NCBI GenBank assembly: GCA_963663965.2
Contig: CAXXFK010000007.1
Coordinates: 64,001-128,000 of the forward strand
DNA: 64,000 nucleotides
Origin: Sedimentisphaerales bacterium
Lineage (GTDB): Bacteria > Planctomycetota > Phycisphaerae > Sedimentisphaerales > SM23-30
Direction of reading: 5' to 3'
Part shown: positions 30,019 through 39,245 of the stretch, piece after piece
Position numbering within the stretch: position 1 is the first letter of the stretch
How the letters are laid out: every line of letters begins with the position of its first letter
The notes under the pieces: model-generated
Told to the model about the DNA's origin: nothing
The model's input: only the letters and a program-made list of their open reading frames with translations
The model's database searches: none
Translations under genes and position numbers: made by a program

Positions 30019-31836
30019 CTAGTTATCGGTCTTTTTAGTTCCGTTGACCATAAATTCCTTCATATTCACTGATTCGTCTCGTGCAACCCGGTATATCTCA
30101 GATAACGAGGTCACTCCCATGCCCGCCCGAATCAGGCCGCTACGGTACAAGGTTCTCATGCCGTCAGCCATTGCCTGTTGTTTGATCTGGGCGGCATTGG
30201 CTCTTTCTATGAGCATCTGTTTTATGGTGGGCCCAATTGTAAACATTTCAAAAATAGCTGACCGTCCTTTAAATCCGGTAAAACGGCATTCAGGGCAACC
30301 CGACTCAGCATAAAGGATCTTGCTCGCAAGCTCCTCTTTCACTTCTTTGGGGATACTTTTGTCCTTCCCCATGGGTTTGAGACATTTTTTACATAAAAGC
30401 CGAATCAGGCGTTGAGCCAGCACCGCTTCTAAGGAAGAGGCAACCAGATAAGGCTCAACCCCCATTTCCATCAGACGCACTGGCGCGGAAGGAGCATCAT
30501 TTGTGTGCAAAGTACTTAAAACCAGATGGCCAGTCATTGCGGCAGAAACGGATATCTGGGCTGTTTCTCTGTCTCTAATTTCGCCAACCATGATAATGTC
30601 TGGATCATGGCGTAATATATTTCTTAAAATATTGGCAAATGATAGATTGATGGCATTGTTTACCTGGATTTGTGAAACGCCTTCAAGTTGATATTCAATA
30701 GGGTCTTCGACGGTGATCACCTTGCGAAATTCATGATCAATTTCATTTAAAACAGCATAAAGTGTTGTTGTTTTACCACAGCCGGTCGGCCCGGTTACTA
30801 GGATTATACCATGAGAAATATTCAGCACCTGTCTGAACACCCCGAGATAGTCGGGTTGCATCCCGAGTTGATCAAGCTTGATAAAGGACATTTGCCGGTC
30901 CAATATCCTCAAGGCAATTCCCTGGCCAAACATTGTTGGAAGAATGGAAACACGGATATCGATGGGCCGCCCATATATCTGAAGTCTGATTTGACCATCT
31001 TGAGGGAGTCTCTTTTCAGCGATATCAAGGTTAGACATGATCTTGAGACGGGATATTATGGCCGGTTCTAAATTTTTAATATTGTCGGGCGTCGGTTCGA
31101 TCTGAAGCATGCCATCAACACGGTATCTTATTCTTAATTGGTCTTCAAAGGGTTCAATATGAATATCGGAAGCCCCAATTCGGATAGCCTCCATCAATAA
31201 TTGATTGACATATCTGATAATGGCGGCGTCTTCTTCTGGTTGTCCTGTGATGGAATGAAGATGGCGTTGGTTTTGATTTAATAACTGAATACTTCCGTCA
31301 GACGCTATTCTTGCCCTGTCGGCGGTGATTCGACCAGACTGAGGGGTTTCGTCTGGTAAAATATCCTGAATCATTTCCGCGCCAAACCCATAGATGGATT
31401 TGGTTAGTATAGCGATGTCGTATGGGCGGACCAGATGGGGTTGAATTGCCAATCCCGTTCCAAATTGGCCTTTGATTTCGGCATTGCGAGAAAGAATTAA
31501 TGCATATTCTTCGCTCTTATCAAATTGGGCCGGATCCGCAATGGCAATATTAAGAGTGTGGCCGTTAAATGCGATGGGGACAATCGAGTATTCATGGGCA
31601 ATACGAATTGGAATTAGCTTGGATAATGATGGATCTGGCTTGATGCTGTGAATGTCTAGCAGATCAATTTGTAGATAGTCTGACAGGGCGGCCCATATCC
31701 TGTTTTCCATTTCTGGGAATCGCTTTAAAAGCTTATAATAGATTGGTTCACCTTGCCCCCCCTGCATGTTAACTTCGTCCAAAGTGAGGTTATCAAAAAG
31801 CTTTTTGGCCAGTAGAAATTGTGCAAAATCATCCAT
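30019..31836 (-). CDS. gspE: GspE/PilB family secretion ATPase
   Basis: ASDIHIEP, LDIAEKRLPQDG, Walker A GPTGCGKT, EDPIEY, LRHDPDIIMVGEIRD, TGHLVLSTLHTN, CxxC...CxxC. Confidence 0.93.
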   Translation of the reverse strand: MDDFAQFLLAKKLFDNLTLDEVNMQGGQGEPIYYKLLKRFPEMENRIWAALSDYLQIDLLDIHSIKPDPSLSKLIPIRIAHEYSIVPIAFNGHTLNIAIADPAQFDKSEEYALILSRNAEIKGQFGTGLAIQPHLVRPYDIAILTKSIYGFGAEMIQDILPDETPQSGRITADRARIASDGSIQLLNQNQRHLHSITGQPEEDAAIIRYVNQLLMEAIRIGASDIHIEPFEDQLRIRYRVDGMLQIEPTPDNIKNLEPAIISRLKIMSNLDIAEKRLPQDGQIRLQIYGRPIDIRVSILPTMFGQGIALRILDRQMSFIKLDQLGMQPDYLGVFRQVLNISHGIILVTGPTGCGKTTTLYAVLNEIDHEFRKVITVEDPIEYQLEGVSQIQVNNAINLSFANILRNILRHDPDIIMVGEIRDRETAQISVSAAMTGHLVLSTLHTNDAPSAPVRLMEMGVEPYLVASSLEAVLAQRLIRLLCKKCLKPMGKDKSIPKEVKEELASKILYAESGCPECRFTGFKGRSAIFEMFTIGPTIKQMLIERANAAQIKQQAMADGMRTLYRSGLIRAGMGVTSLSEIYRVARDESVNMKEFMVNGTKKTDN

Positions 31837-32118
31837 GAATCAATTCCAGATATTTAACATCGGCAACTGTTTGCGAGTGTTTGGGCTATTCTTTCCTGTT
31901 GCAATACTATTATTGGTAGGCTTCCCAGGCAAATGGGTTATTTTAGGCCTTTGAATACTATAATTACGGATTTATGAAGTTTTCTTACCAGGCGATTTGG
32001 AAAACGCCCTTCGCTTCCGTTTCTTGCATTAATTCAATATCGGCACTTCTCATTTAATGACCTAAAAGTCCAATAATATTTTATTTAGCGGCCGATAATG
32101 TGAGAGATTAATCAACTT

Positions 32119-32134
32119 TGTTCCACATGAAACA
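32119..32134. other. parS centromere-like site 1
   Basis: TGTTCCACATGAAACA, near-consensus parS palindrome. Confidence 0.8.
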
Positions 32135-32416
32135 TTTGTGATTTTACTTAAGCCGTGGGAGTTTAAGCGCCATGTTAATGAACCCGGATGAGGCATTGTC
32201 ATTTTCGGTCTGGTGCCCGAATCGGATCGTTCGGGTGTTAATCGTTCAATTTTATGAGGTGATGATAAGTACATAAAGGATAAATGTCGCCTGAAGCGGA
32301 TGGACGTGTTTTGAGTTAAAGTTAATTCGAGTAATTAACAATCGGATTAACTGGTAGTTGGCGGAATAGCTTTTATAATAAAATCTGGAGAACTAATAAT
32401 TTTGTTTTAATGCTTT

Positions 32417-32432
32417 TGTTTCACGTGAAACA
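32417..32432. other. parS centromere-like site 2 (perfect)
   Basis: TGTTTCACGTGAAACA, perfect consensus palindrome. Confidence 0.92.
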
Positions 32433-32701
32433 TATAAAAAGTGGGGTGACTGTTTATTCGGTTTTAGGGTCGGGGCCGCGAAATTAATGGGGGGCATTTA
32501 CCCTGAAGTGTGACCAATTCTAATATGTTGTTGTGCTAAATACTTTACCCCTATGGCCGAATCATTTATTTTGAAATCGTTCTCTATAAACGAAAATTTT
32601 CATATAATAATAATGGAAGGCTATGAAAAAATATGAGATCAGGCGTTTGTCAGAGAGCTTTCATCATTATATGTCCATTAAAGGGTGCGTTTTACGAACT
32701 T

Positions 32702-32717
32702 TGTTTCACATGAAACA
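32702..32717. other. parS centromere-like site 3
   Basis: TGTTTCACATGAAACA, one mismatch, about 130 bp upstream of parB. Confidence 0.85.
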
Positions 32718-32758
32718 TTTAATGTTTTATTTTTATCGGGCCTCCCAACAAATTTTTG

Positions 32759-32787
32759 TTGCATAGCGAATTATAATATGTGATAAT
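32759..32787 (+). promoter_or_regulatory. Probable sigma70 promoter of the parB operon
   Basis: TTGCAT-N17-GATAAT with extended TG. Confidence 0.45.
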
Positions 32788-32844
32788 ATGAATCTGATTG
32801 TTGTTGTGTGTTAATAATATAACATACATATATTGGAGTTGTGT

Positions 32845-33798
32845 ATGAAAGAAACAAAGCGCAGGCTAGGCAGGGGACTTGATTCTCTTTTGTCTTCGAC
32901 TCGAATAAAAGAGATTGATCATGTTGCCGGCCAAAAGATTAAAGAGCCCTTGCCAGATTCATCGGTAGCGATTTCACCGGCCAATGTGACGCCAGTCCAA
33001 AGTCCGCATGGGGACGATATGGTTGTTCATATTCCGGTAGATCAGGTTCTGGTCAATCCTCACCAGCCGCGACGGCACTGGGACGAAGAGAGATTACAGC
33101 ATCTGGCTGAATCGATCCGGGCGAACGGTTTGATTCAGCCCGTTATTGTTCGTCAGATGGGTGAGGGATATCAGTTAATCGCCGGCGAGCGCCGGTTGCG
33201 AGCCACAAAAATAGCCGGGAAAACGACGATCCTTGCGGTTATTCGCCAGGCCAGCGAACAGCAGGTTGTCGAATGGGCGCTGGTGGAAAATATTCATCGA
33301 GACGATCTTGATCCGATCGAACGGGCTCATGCCTATCGGCATTATATTGATCATTTCTTGCTAACACAGGAACAGGCGGCCCTTAAGCTGGGAGAAGACC
33401 GCACGACGATTGCAAACTACATGAGATTGCTGGACCTACCAGAGGAGGTTCGGAGCCTTTTATCCGGCGGAAAGATTTCCATGGGGCATGCCCGCGCGTT
33501 GCTCGGAATTAGAGATGCTAAAATCATGACAGAGCTGGCCCAATCGATACCAGATAAGCATTTGACCGTGCGGGATATTGAAAAAATTGTGCGGAATCTT
33601 AATGCGCAAACCCATTTCGCAGATCGTCCCGCGGAACCCCGAAAACCGCACATTGTAGACCTGGAAAGGGAAATGAGCCAGAAACTTGGCACGAAAGTTC
33701 TGATCAAACCACAGGGGCATAAAGGGCATCGGGGTAAAATTATTATTGAATTTTATAATCTGGACGATTTCGATCGAATTAGAGATATGCTACAATAA
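32845..33798 (+). CDS. parB: Chromosome partitioning protein ParB/Spo0J
   Basis: RRLGRGLDSLL ParA-activating motif, NPHQPR, LIQPVIVR, AGERRLRA CTPase box, ENIHRDDL, SMGHARALL; GGAG RBS. Confidence 0.95.
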   Translation: MKETKRRLGRGLDSLLSSTRIKEIDHVAGQKIKEPLPDSSVAISPANVTPVQSPHGDDMVVHIPVDQVLVNPHQPRRHWDEERLQHLAESIRANGLIQPVIVRQMGEGYQLIAGERRLRATKIAGKTTILAVIRQASEQQVVEWALVENIHRDDLDPIERAHAYRHYIDHFLLTQEQAALKLGEDRTTIANYMRLLDLPEEVRSLLSGGKISMGHARALLGIRDAKIMTELAQSIPDKHLTVRDIEKIVRNLNAQTHFADRPAEPRKPHIVDLEREMSQKLGTKVLIKPQGHKGHRGKIIIEFYNLDDFDRIRDMLQ

Positions 33799-33834
33799 CC
33801 CGATATTGTTTTGGCCCATTCAGGCCCATTTGTC

Positions 33835-34287
33835 ATGCATAACACCAACGAAACAGATGAACAGAAAACACGATTGCTTCAAGCGCAGCGCATGCGTTTA
33901 ATGTGCCTGTGGTTGACCGGCCTGGTGTTGTTTGTGTTAACCGCAAAGCCCTGGAATCGTCCTGTGGATTCTTGGCCCGCGTCTGGGCCGGCGGCGCTTT
34001 TTGACCGGGTTGATGTGGAGCGCGATCCATGGACTTCCATCGCGCGCCTGAATGGAATAGGCAGGTCATTGTCTATACAGATTATAGATTATCGTTCCCG
34101 CAATAGCGGCAATGGCGGGCCGTGTTTTGGATGCCCGGAAGACATGCAGCGAGTCAAAGGCGTCGGTCCGGCAAAAACAGATCGGATTCGAGCAGACCTT
34201 TACTTTGGACCAGCCCTGTTTCCTGAAACACACGATGTTATTAATAATCACGACAGAACAACGAGAGAATTAAAACGATATGAGTAA
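33835..34287 (+). CDS. ComEA-like helix-hairpin-helix DNA-binding membrane protein
   Basis: TM helix followed by two HhH motifs, RLNGIGRSLS...IIDYR and RVKGVGPAK. Confidence 0.75.
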   Translation: MHNTNETDEQKTRLLQAQRMRLMCLWLTGLVLFVLTAKPWNRPVDSWPASGPAALFDRVDVERDPWTSIARLNGIGRSLSIQIIDYRSRNSGNGGPCFGCPEDMQRVKGVGPAKTDRIRADLYFGPALFPETHDVINNHDRTTRELKRYE

Positions 34288-34774
34288 CGACCAATGGCAA
34301 ATCAAAAAGGGGGGGGAAAAATGTGCCGGGAGCGATAAAACGCTCGAACCCGGCGAAGAATATTATGCGGCGTTAATCGAAACGAATGAGGGGTTCGATC
34401 GCATTGACTATAGTGTCGATTATTGGAACCATCAACAGCCGGCCGTCTATTGTTTCTGGAAAACACGTGTGCCGGTGAAAGAAGAAAAAAAGAAGCTGTT
34501 TGTGGATGACGCGATCCTGGTCAATATTTTTGAACGGCTGGAAAACGAACAGGATCCCATGAAAATCAATTTCAGGTTTGTGCTGGCCTTGATCCTGATG
34601 CGAAAGAAACTATTGAAGTATGAAGACACGCTACGAGAGGGCGACCAGGAAATCTGGAAAATGAAAATGGCGCGCGAGGAAAAAGTCCATCAAGTGACTA
34701 ACCCGCATCTCACCGATGAAAAAATAGAACAGGTCTCTGTGGAACTGAGTACGATTTTGCATGGAGAATTATAG
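34280..34774 (+). CDS. Hypothetical protein in the parB operon
   Basis: Overlaps the upstream gene by 8 bp; 164 aa with FRFVLALILMRKKLLK; no family recognised. Confidence 0.75.
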   Translation: MSNDQWQIKKGGEKCAGSDKTLEPGEEYYAALIETNEGFDRIDYSVDYWNHQQPAVYCFWKTRVPVKEEKKKLFVDDAILVNIFERLENEQDPMKINFRFVLALILMRKKLLKYEDTLREGDQEIWKMKMAREEKVHQVTNPHLTDEKIEQVSVELSTILHGEL

Positions 34775-34798
34775 CCTGGTGTTTAGGAGAGAATCGTA

Positions 34799-35737
34799 AT
34801 GACAATTAAAAATAAAAAACAAAAAGTGGATCATCGCCATGGCATTCATGCCTGGCAAACGGCGCGTCTTGTTCCTGGCTATATTGGGATGTTTATCGTT
34901 TTGTTTGTTGCTGCGGGTTGCCCGCGCCCCCAGAAATTGTCCCCCGTGCCATCGCCAATTTTATTGACGGACGCATTAACCCGTTATAATGATAATGTCG
35001 AAGCCGTGGGGGCGTTTTCCGCCAAAATATCACAGTGGGAAGCGGTTTTACATGAAGACGATAAATCGCATAAGGTTCGTGAATCGGGTGGAAAGATTTT
35101 CTTTGCCCCGCCTGATTCCGATCAGGCGCGCGCCCGATTAAGTTTGCGGGCATCGGCCAGTTTCTACGACCTCAAAGCGCTTATCCTGGGCTCCAACGAT
35201 GAGGAGTTCTGGATGATTGTTACCCCGCAGAAATTTGGGATGTGGGGGCGATATGATAATCTGGAAAAACCCTGTGGCGGCAAACTTCCATTCGACCCCC
35301 AACAGATCCTGGATCTGGCCGGCCTGAAAACCATTCCCGACCAACCGGCCTGGTCGCCTTATCCCGTTTATAAGGTATTGCCTGAAGACTATGTGATCGA
35401 ATATGTCAGGCCTTCGGAAGAAGGGCTCTGGCTTCAACGCGAAATTGTTATCGATCGCCGCACGGACCATCCCCGCGAAATCAAACTTTACGATCGCGAG
35501 GGTTTGTGCCTTGGGCGCAGTGAATTAAGTGAGTATCTGCCACTGGAAAATGGATTTATTCCGGGCCGCATTCGCCTTATTTTTAAAGACGAGCGGGAGC
35601 GCGATAATATATTCCAACTTAAGTTGACCCGGCCCCGGCCCCTGACGGAGATTCATCCACTATTGTTTGAGCGCCCCGAAGAACCAACCGGCCTGGACAC
35701 CTATCAACAAATTGACAAAGATTGTGACGAGAACTAA
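34799..35737 (+). CDS. Putative lipoprotein (possibly LolA-like fold)
   Basis: AGGAG RBS, VAAGC lipobox, beta-rich C-terminal part. The fold is an inference. Confidence 0.7.
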   Translation: MTIKNKKQKVDHRHGIHAWQTARLVPGYIGMFIVLFVAAGCPRPQKLSPVPSPILLTDALTRYNDNVEAVGAFSAKISQWEAVLHEDDKSHKVRESGGKIFFAPPDSDQARARLSLRASASFYDLKALILGSNDEEFWMIVTPQKFGMWGRYDNLEKPCGGKLPFDPQQILDLAGLKTIPDQPAWSPYPVYKVLPEDYVIEYVRPSEEGLWLQREIVIDRRTDHPREIKLYDREGLCLGRSELSEYLPLENGFIPGRIRLIFKDERERDNIFQLKLTRPRPLTEIHPLLFERPEEPTGLDTYQQIDKDCDEN

Positions 35738-35741
35738 AAAT

Positions 35742-37463
35742 ATGCATAGAAGGTTTAACATAAAATACCTTGTAGTTATACTATTGTTGATCCCTTGGAT
35801 ATTATTCGCGCAAGACAATCCGGGGCGGGCCGTTAATCCGGTATCGCTTAGTCAGGCGCCGACAATGCAGCCCGTTAGCGCGCGGGCCATTTTCATGGCC
35901 GGCGATGACCAGGCGCTTTATGTTGTTAAGCCGGGCTCGCAAAATGATCAACCCGCGTTCCAGGTGCGTTTCCGGGCCCGGACTTCCCCGGAGTTGTCCC
36001 CGGGAAAATGGTACCAGGGTTTGCCCGAGGTGGTTGCCGCCTGGAATGGCAAGCTGGTTGTGTTTACTGAATCGGGGGGGTGTTTCAGTTATTCATCCGA
36101 TAGCGCTTCATCATTGCCGCCATTGCCGGAGGGCCATAAGGCGATCATTGCCCAAGGCGACAATAATGGACTGCTGGTTCTGGCCCGCCGACAAAATGAA
36201 TTTGGTTTGTTTGAATTATCCGGCCTCAGTGGCTGGAAGCAATTTGATGGTGTTATTGATTTGACCGATTGGGACATTCGAACCTTGGCGTTAATCCGGC
36301 AAAACGAAACAATTGCCCTATACGGATGGCAACAGAACCGGGGCTATCAGTTGTTGCAATTTAATGACGGTCAGCCCGGAATTCTCTCCACACTCTCTCT
36401 GCCAGACAATGAATCGGCCATGTCGCGCCCGGCCCGGCTCTACGCGCTCAGCGTGAATCGCGATACGCGGTTGATCGCCGCCTTTGAAACCCCCCGCGCT
36501 GGCTATAGTTATAAAATTGGATGGCTGGAAAACGGCGAATTGCGTTTCAGCAACAATCTGATGGAAACCCTGGACAGTTATCTGAATATTAAACCGGATG
36601 ATATCGGGTTTGCCAGCAATGGCCAGATGATCGCCGCGGCCAGTTTTGCCCAGGATGATCGTTTGTATCTGGGCTATTTTACTCCTAATGGGTTTTTAAG
36701 CCTGCCCATGGAGCCTTTGGCCAGCCAGCGCGTTCCGCTCCATCCTCTTTTTAATATCTTTGCCCGTCAGGAACTTATCTTTATCGGAATGTTAATTCTG
36801 GGCATGATTGTTTTTAATCGTCGTTCAGAGGCCTTCGTGCCGGCAATTGAATCCCTGCCATCGGACGTAATTCCGGCCCATCCCTTTCGTCGATTGCTGG
36901 CATTTCTGATAGACAACTTAATCATCCTTTTTATCAGCGGCATTGTATTCCAGTTGATTGCCAGCCAGCGGTTCACCGAAGAACAGATGTTACATGCCAA
37001 TGAAGCCTTATATCAGGTCTTCAAGCAATATTTGGGTTATAATGTCCAGGAAGTATCATCGACGGATTCTCAATATGTCGTTGATATCGTTAAAATATAC
37101 GCGATTACCTCTGGCGTGGTTTTCTTGCTTTATTTTATTGTTCTGGAGGGATTATTCAGTTTCACTCCCGGTAAAAGAGTTTTAAAACTGGTCGTACTGG
37201 ATTATGAAGGCCGCCCTCTGTCTCCCTGGAAATCCATCGTGCGCAATGGACTGCGCGTTATAGACACAAATGCGTTTATGCTGTTTTTTACCATACCGAT
37301 CATGTTCGTGACTCCCAGGCGACAACGGCCTGGCGACCTGGCCGCGCGCACCATTGTTGCGCTGGCCACTCCTGAACTGATAAAACGTATTGTTGAACAG
37401 AATAAGCGGATTCTGCTCAAGCGCCAGGAAGAGATGCGCAAGGACGACAACGATATGTTTTGA
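35742..37463 (+). CDS. RDD family membrane protein with a large extracytoplasmic N-terminal domain
   Basis: AHPFRRLLAFLID, TPGKRVLKLVV, RNGLRVID and RQRPGDLAARTIV RDD motifs. Confidence 0.85.
   Translation: MHRRFNIKYLVVILLLIPWILFAQDNPGRAVNPVSLSQAPTMQPVSARAIFMAGDDQALYVVKPGSQNDQPAFQVRFRARTSPELSPGKWYQGLPEVVAAWNGKLVVFTESGGCFSYSSDSASSLPPLPEGHKAIIAQGDNNGLLVLARRQNEFGLFELSGLSGWKQFDGVIDLTDWDIRTLALIRQNETIALYGWQQNRGYQLLQFNDGQPGILSTLSLPDNESAMSRPARLYALSVNRDTRLIAAFETPRAGYSYKIGWLENGELRFSNNLMETLDSYLNIKPDDIGFASNGQMIAAASFAQDDRLYLGYFTPNGFLSLPMEPLASQRVPLHPLFNIFARQELIFIGMLILGMIVFNRRSEAFVPAIESLPSDVIPAHPFRRLLAFLIDNLIILFISGIVFQLIASQRFTEEQMLHANEALYQVFKQYLGYNVQEVSSTDSQYVVDIVKIYAITSGVVFLLYFIVLEGLFSFTPGKRVLKLVVLDYEGRPLSPWKSIVRNGLRVIDTNAFMLFFTIPIMFVTPRRQRPGDLAARTIVALATPELIKRIVEQNKRILLKRQEEMRKDDNDMF
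35753..35780 (-). other. Candidate dif (XerC/XerD) site
   Basis: TATAACTACAA-GGTATT-TTATGTTAAAC. XerD arm 10/11 identical to E. coli TTATGTTAAAT, with 11-6-11 layout; lies near the apparent GC-skew switch but inside a CDS. Confidence 0.45.
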
Positions 37464-37479
37464 ATTTTTTAGAGGCGCC

Positions 37480-38193
37480 CTATAGAGGCAATTCGGCCAG
37501 ATCGCGCACACTGCTTACCGTGATGGGTTTGAATTCATGTTCATCGGGATTTTCTATGGTTTTGTAACGCGATGCCCGTTCATGACGAATCCAGACCGGA
37601 GTCATACCCACCTCGCGAGAACCTAGCACATCACAATCAAAACGGTCGCCGACATAAACGCATTGCCCGGCAGGCAATCCCATTTCATCCAGCGCCGCCT
37701 GAAAAATTCTGGGATCCGGTTTCATACATCCCACCCGGGTTGAATCGGTCATTGTTTCGAATAAATCATCAAGGTTGTAATGCCGACACCAACCGGCAGT
37801 ATTTCCCCAATTGTTGCTGATGCATCCCAGGCGATAATTCTGACGGAGTTTTTCCAGAACCGGGCGATTTGTGTTGATATAGTTCCCGGCGCTGGACGCA
37901 AAGCCATTGGCTACCTCTTCAGAATTCCAGGATATAGCCGGATGATCCTCTTTCATTTTTTTATAAAGTACTTCAGCTATCCGCTGAATGGTGCCGTCCA
38001 ATAACAAATCAGTCGTCCCTTCCATTGTACAGATCCGGTCAAAAGCAAACCTGGCATACTCTTCCATTTCTGAAAGCTGAATCCCGTTTATGTGGGCGTG
38101 AATCAAGTCATATAGCCTCACATACCAATCCAGGCCGTCATGATCCAGCGTGCCGCCGAAATCAAATAGAATCGCTTTAATCTGATTCATCAT
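37480..38193 (-). CDS. HAD-family hydrolase
   Basis: ILFDFGGTL, ISN, KPDPRIF and YVGDRFDCDV motifs. Confidence 0.9.
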   Translation of the reverse strand: MMNQIKAILFDFGGTLDHDGLDWYVRLYDLIHAHINGIQLSEMEEYARFAFDRICTMEGTTDLLLDGTIQRIAEVLYKKMKEDHPAISWNSEEVANGFASSAGNYINTNRPVLEKLRQNYRLGCISNNWGNTAGWCRHYNLDDLFETMTDSTRVGCMKPDPRIFQAALDEMGLPAGQCVYVGDRFDCDVLGSREVGMTPVWIRHERASRYKTIENPDEHEFKPITVSSVRDLAELPL

Positions 38194-38482
38194 AACTCTT
38201 TCAAAATAAATGAATTATAGCAAATTAGGGTTTTGTCGATACCCCTTTTGAAAAATTATAACAACCGTGGCCAAATTCGTCACGGTAAAAGTAAATCGAT
38301 AGTTTGCTTAAACCGACCATGTTGGTTTATGGTTTTCCATACGAAATGATAAATAGGAGCGGTGATATTAATAACGCGCACGAATGTTAGGAGAAAATAA
38401 TGTGTGAATAAGTGTATGTTTTATAACGAGTTAAAAAGAGCGAGGCCCTAAAAACAAGAATTTAACTTGATAATTCAAAAAG

Positions 38483-38496
38483 TGAATCTATATTCA
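38483..38496. promoter_or_regulatory. Putative TetR operator
   Basis: Palindrome TGAAT-CTAT-ATTCA overlapping a TTGATA-N16-TATATT promoter upstream of the tetR gene. Confidence 0.5.
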
Positions 38497-38547
38497 TATA
38501 ATAAAACCAATGATTCATCTTAATGATTTTTAAATATAGCAGTTAAA

Positions 38548-39138
38548 ATGTTCAATACTCGAAAACAGGAACTGATTCAACAGCTCGGCCAAGACACGGT
38601 CTTTGATGCCTTGCTGAATTTGATGCGAACCGAAGGTCTCGAAGGTCTGACCATGCAAAAGGTAGCCAGTCAGGCGGGTATGGCTATCGGGACACTCTAT
38701 AAATTTTTTAAAAGCAAAGAAGAACTCCTGAATTATGCTGACCAGCGTTTGTTTGATATCTTTCTGGATGAAACCTGCAATGTTCCGGTTGAAATGCCGC
38801 CCGATCAAAAATTACGTTTTTTTACCCGGGCCGGTCTCAATTTTTTCCTGAGTAATATTGGTATCTATGTGATTCTCGAACGAGCCCGGTTGATGAATCT
38901 GTTGGACAAAGAACAGGAGACCCGCCAAAAAGATTATTGTGTTGTCAAAGTTCAGGAAATTGTTCAGCAGGGTATCGATACCGGCATATTCCGACAGGTT
39001 GATACCCATACTACCGCCGGTTTATATCTGAGTTTGTTAATCGGTTATTTTCATGTTCAGATTGAGTATCGCTCTATAGACATAGAAGTGGGTACAGAAA
39101 AAATTCATGAGATGATGATGCGGTATTTAATGAATTAA
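38548..39138 (+). CDS. TetR/AcrR family transcriptional regulator
   Basis: GLEGLTMQKVASQAGMAIGTLYKFFKSKEEL HTH. Confidence 0.93.
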   Translation: MFNTRKQELIQQLGQDTVFDALLNLMRTEGLEGLTMQKVASQAGMAIGTLYKFFKSKEELLNYADQRLFDIFLDETCNVPVEMPPDQKLRFFTRAGLNFFLSNIGIYVILERARLMNLLDKEQETRQKDYCVVKVQEIVQQGIDTGIFRQVDTHTTAGLYLSLLIGYFHVQIEYRSIDIEVGTEKIHEMMMRYLMN

Positions 39139-39245
39139 GCTGTTAATGAGATCTTAATTTGACATTGTTGTTTATATCTGGCAAGAATTTGTTTTGCCCT
39201 CCTTAAAAATCCCAAGTAAACTTCCTGCCTGAGGAAAAATTCGGA

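Noticed and set aside
32062..32274. 70-aa ORF or parA remnant in the parS spacer
   Set aside because: No Walker A or other ParA similarity, no clear RBS, and it overlaps a parS site.
31837..32844. oriC in the AT-rich parS spacer
   Set aside because: No cluster of TTATNCACA boxes seen, no dnaA nearby, and the skew polarity appears opposite. Not fully excluded.
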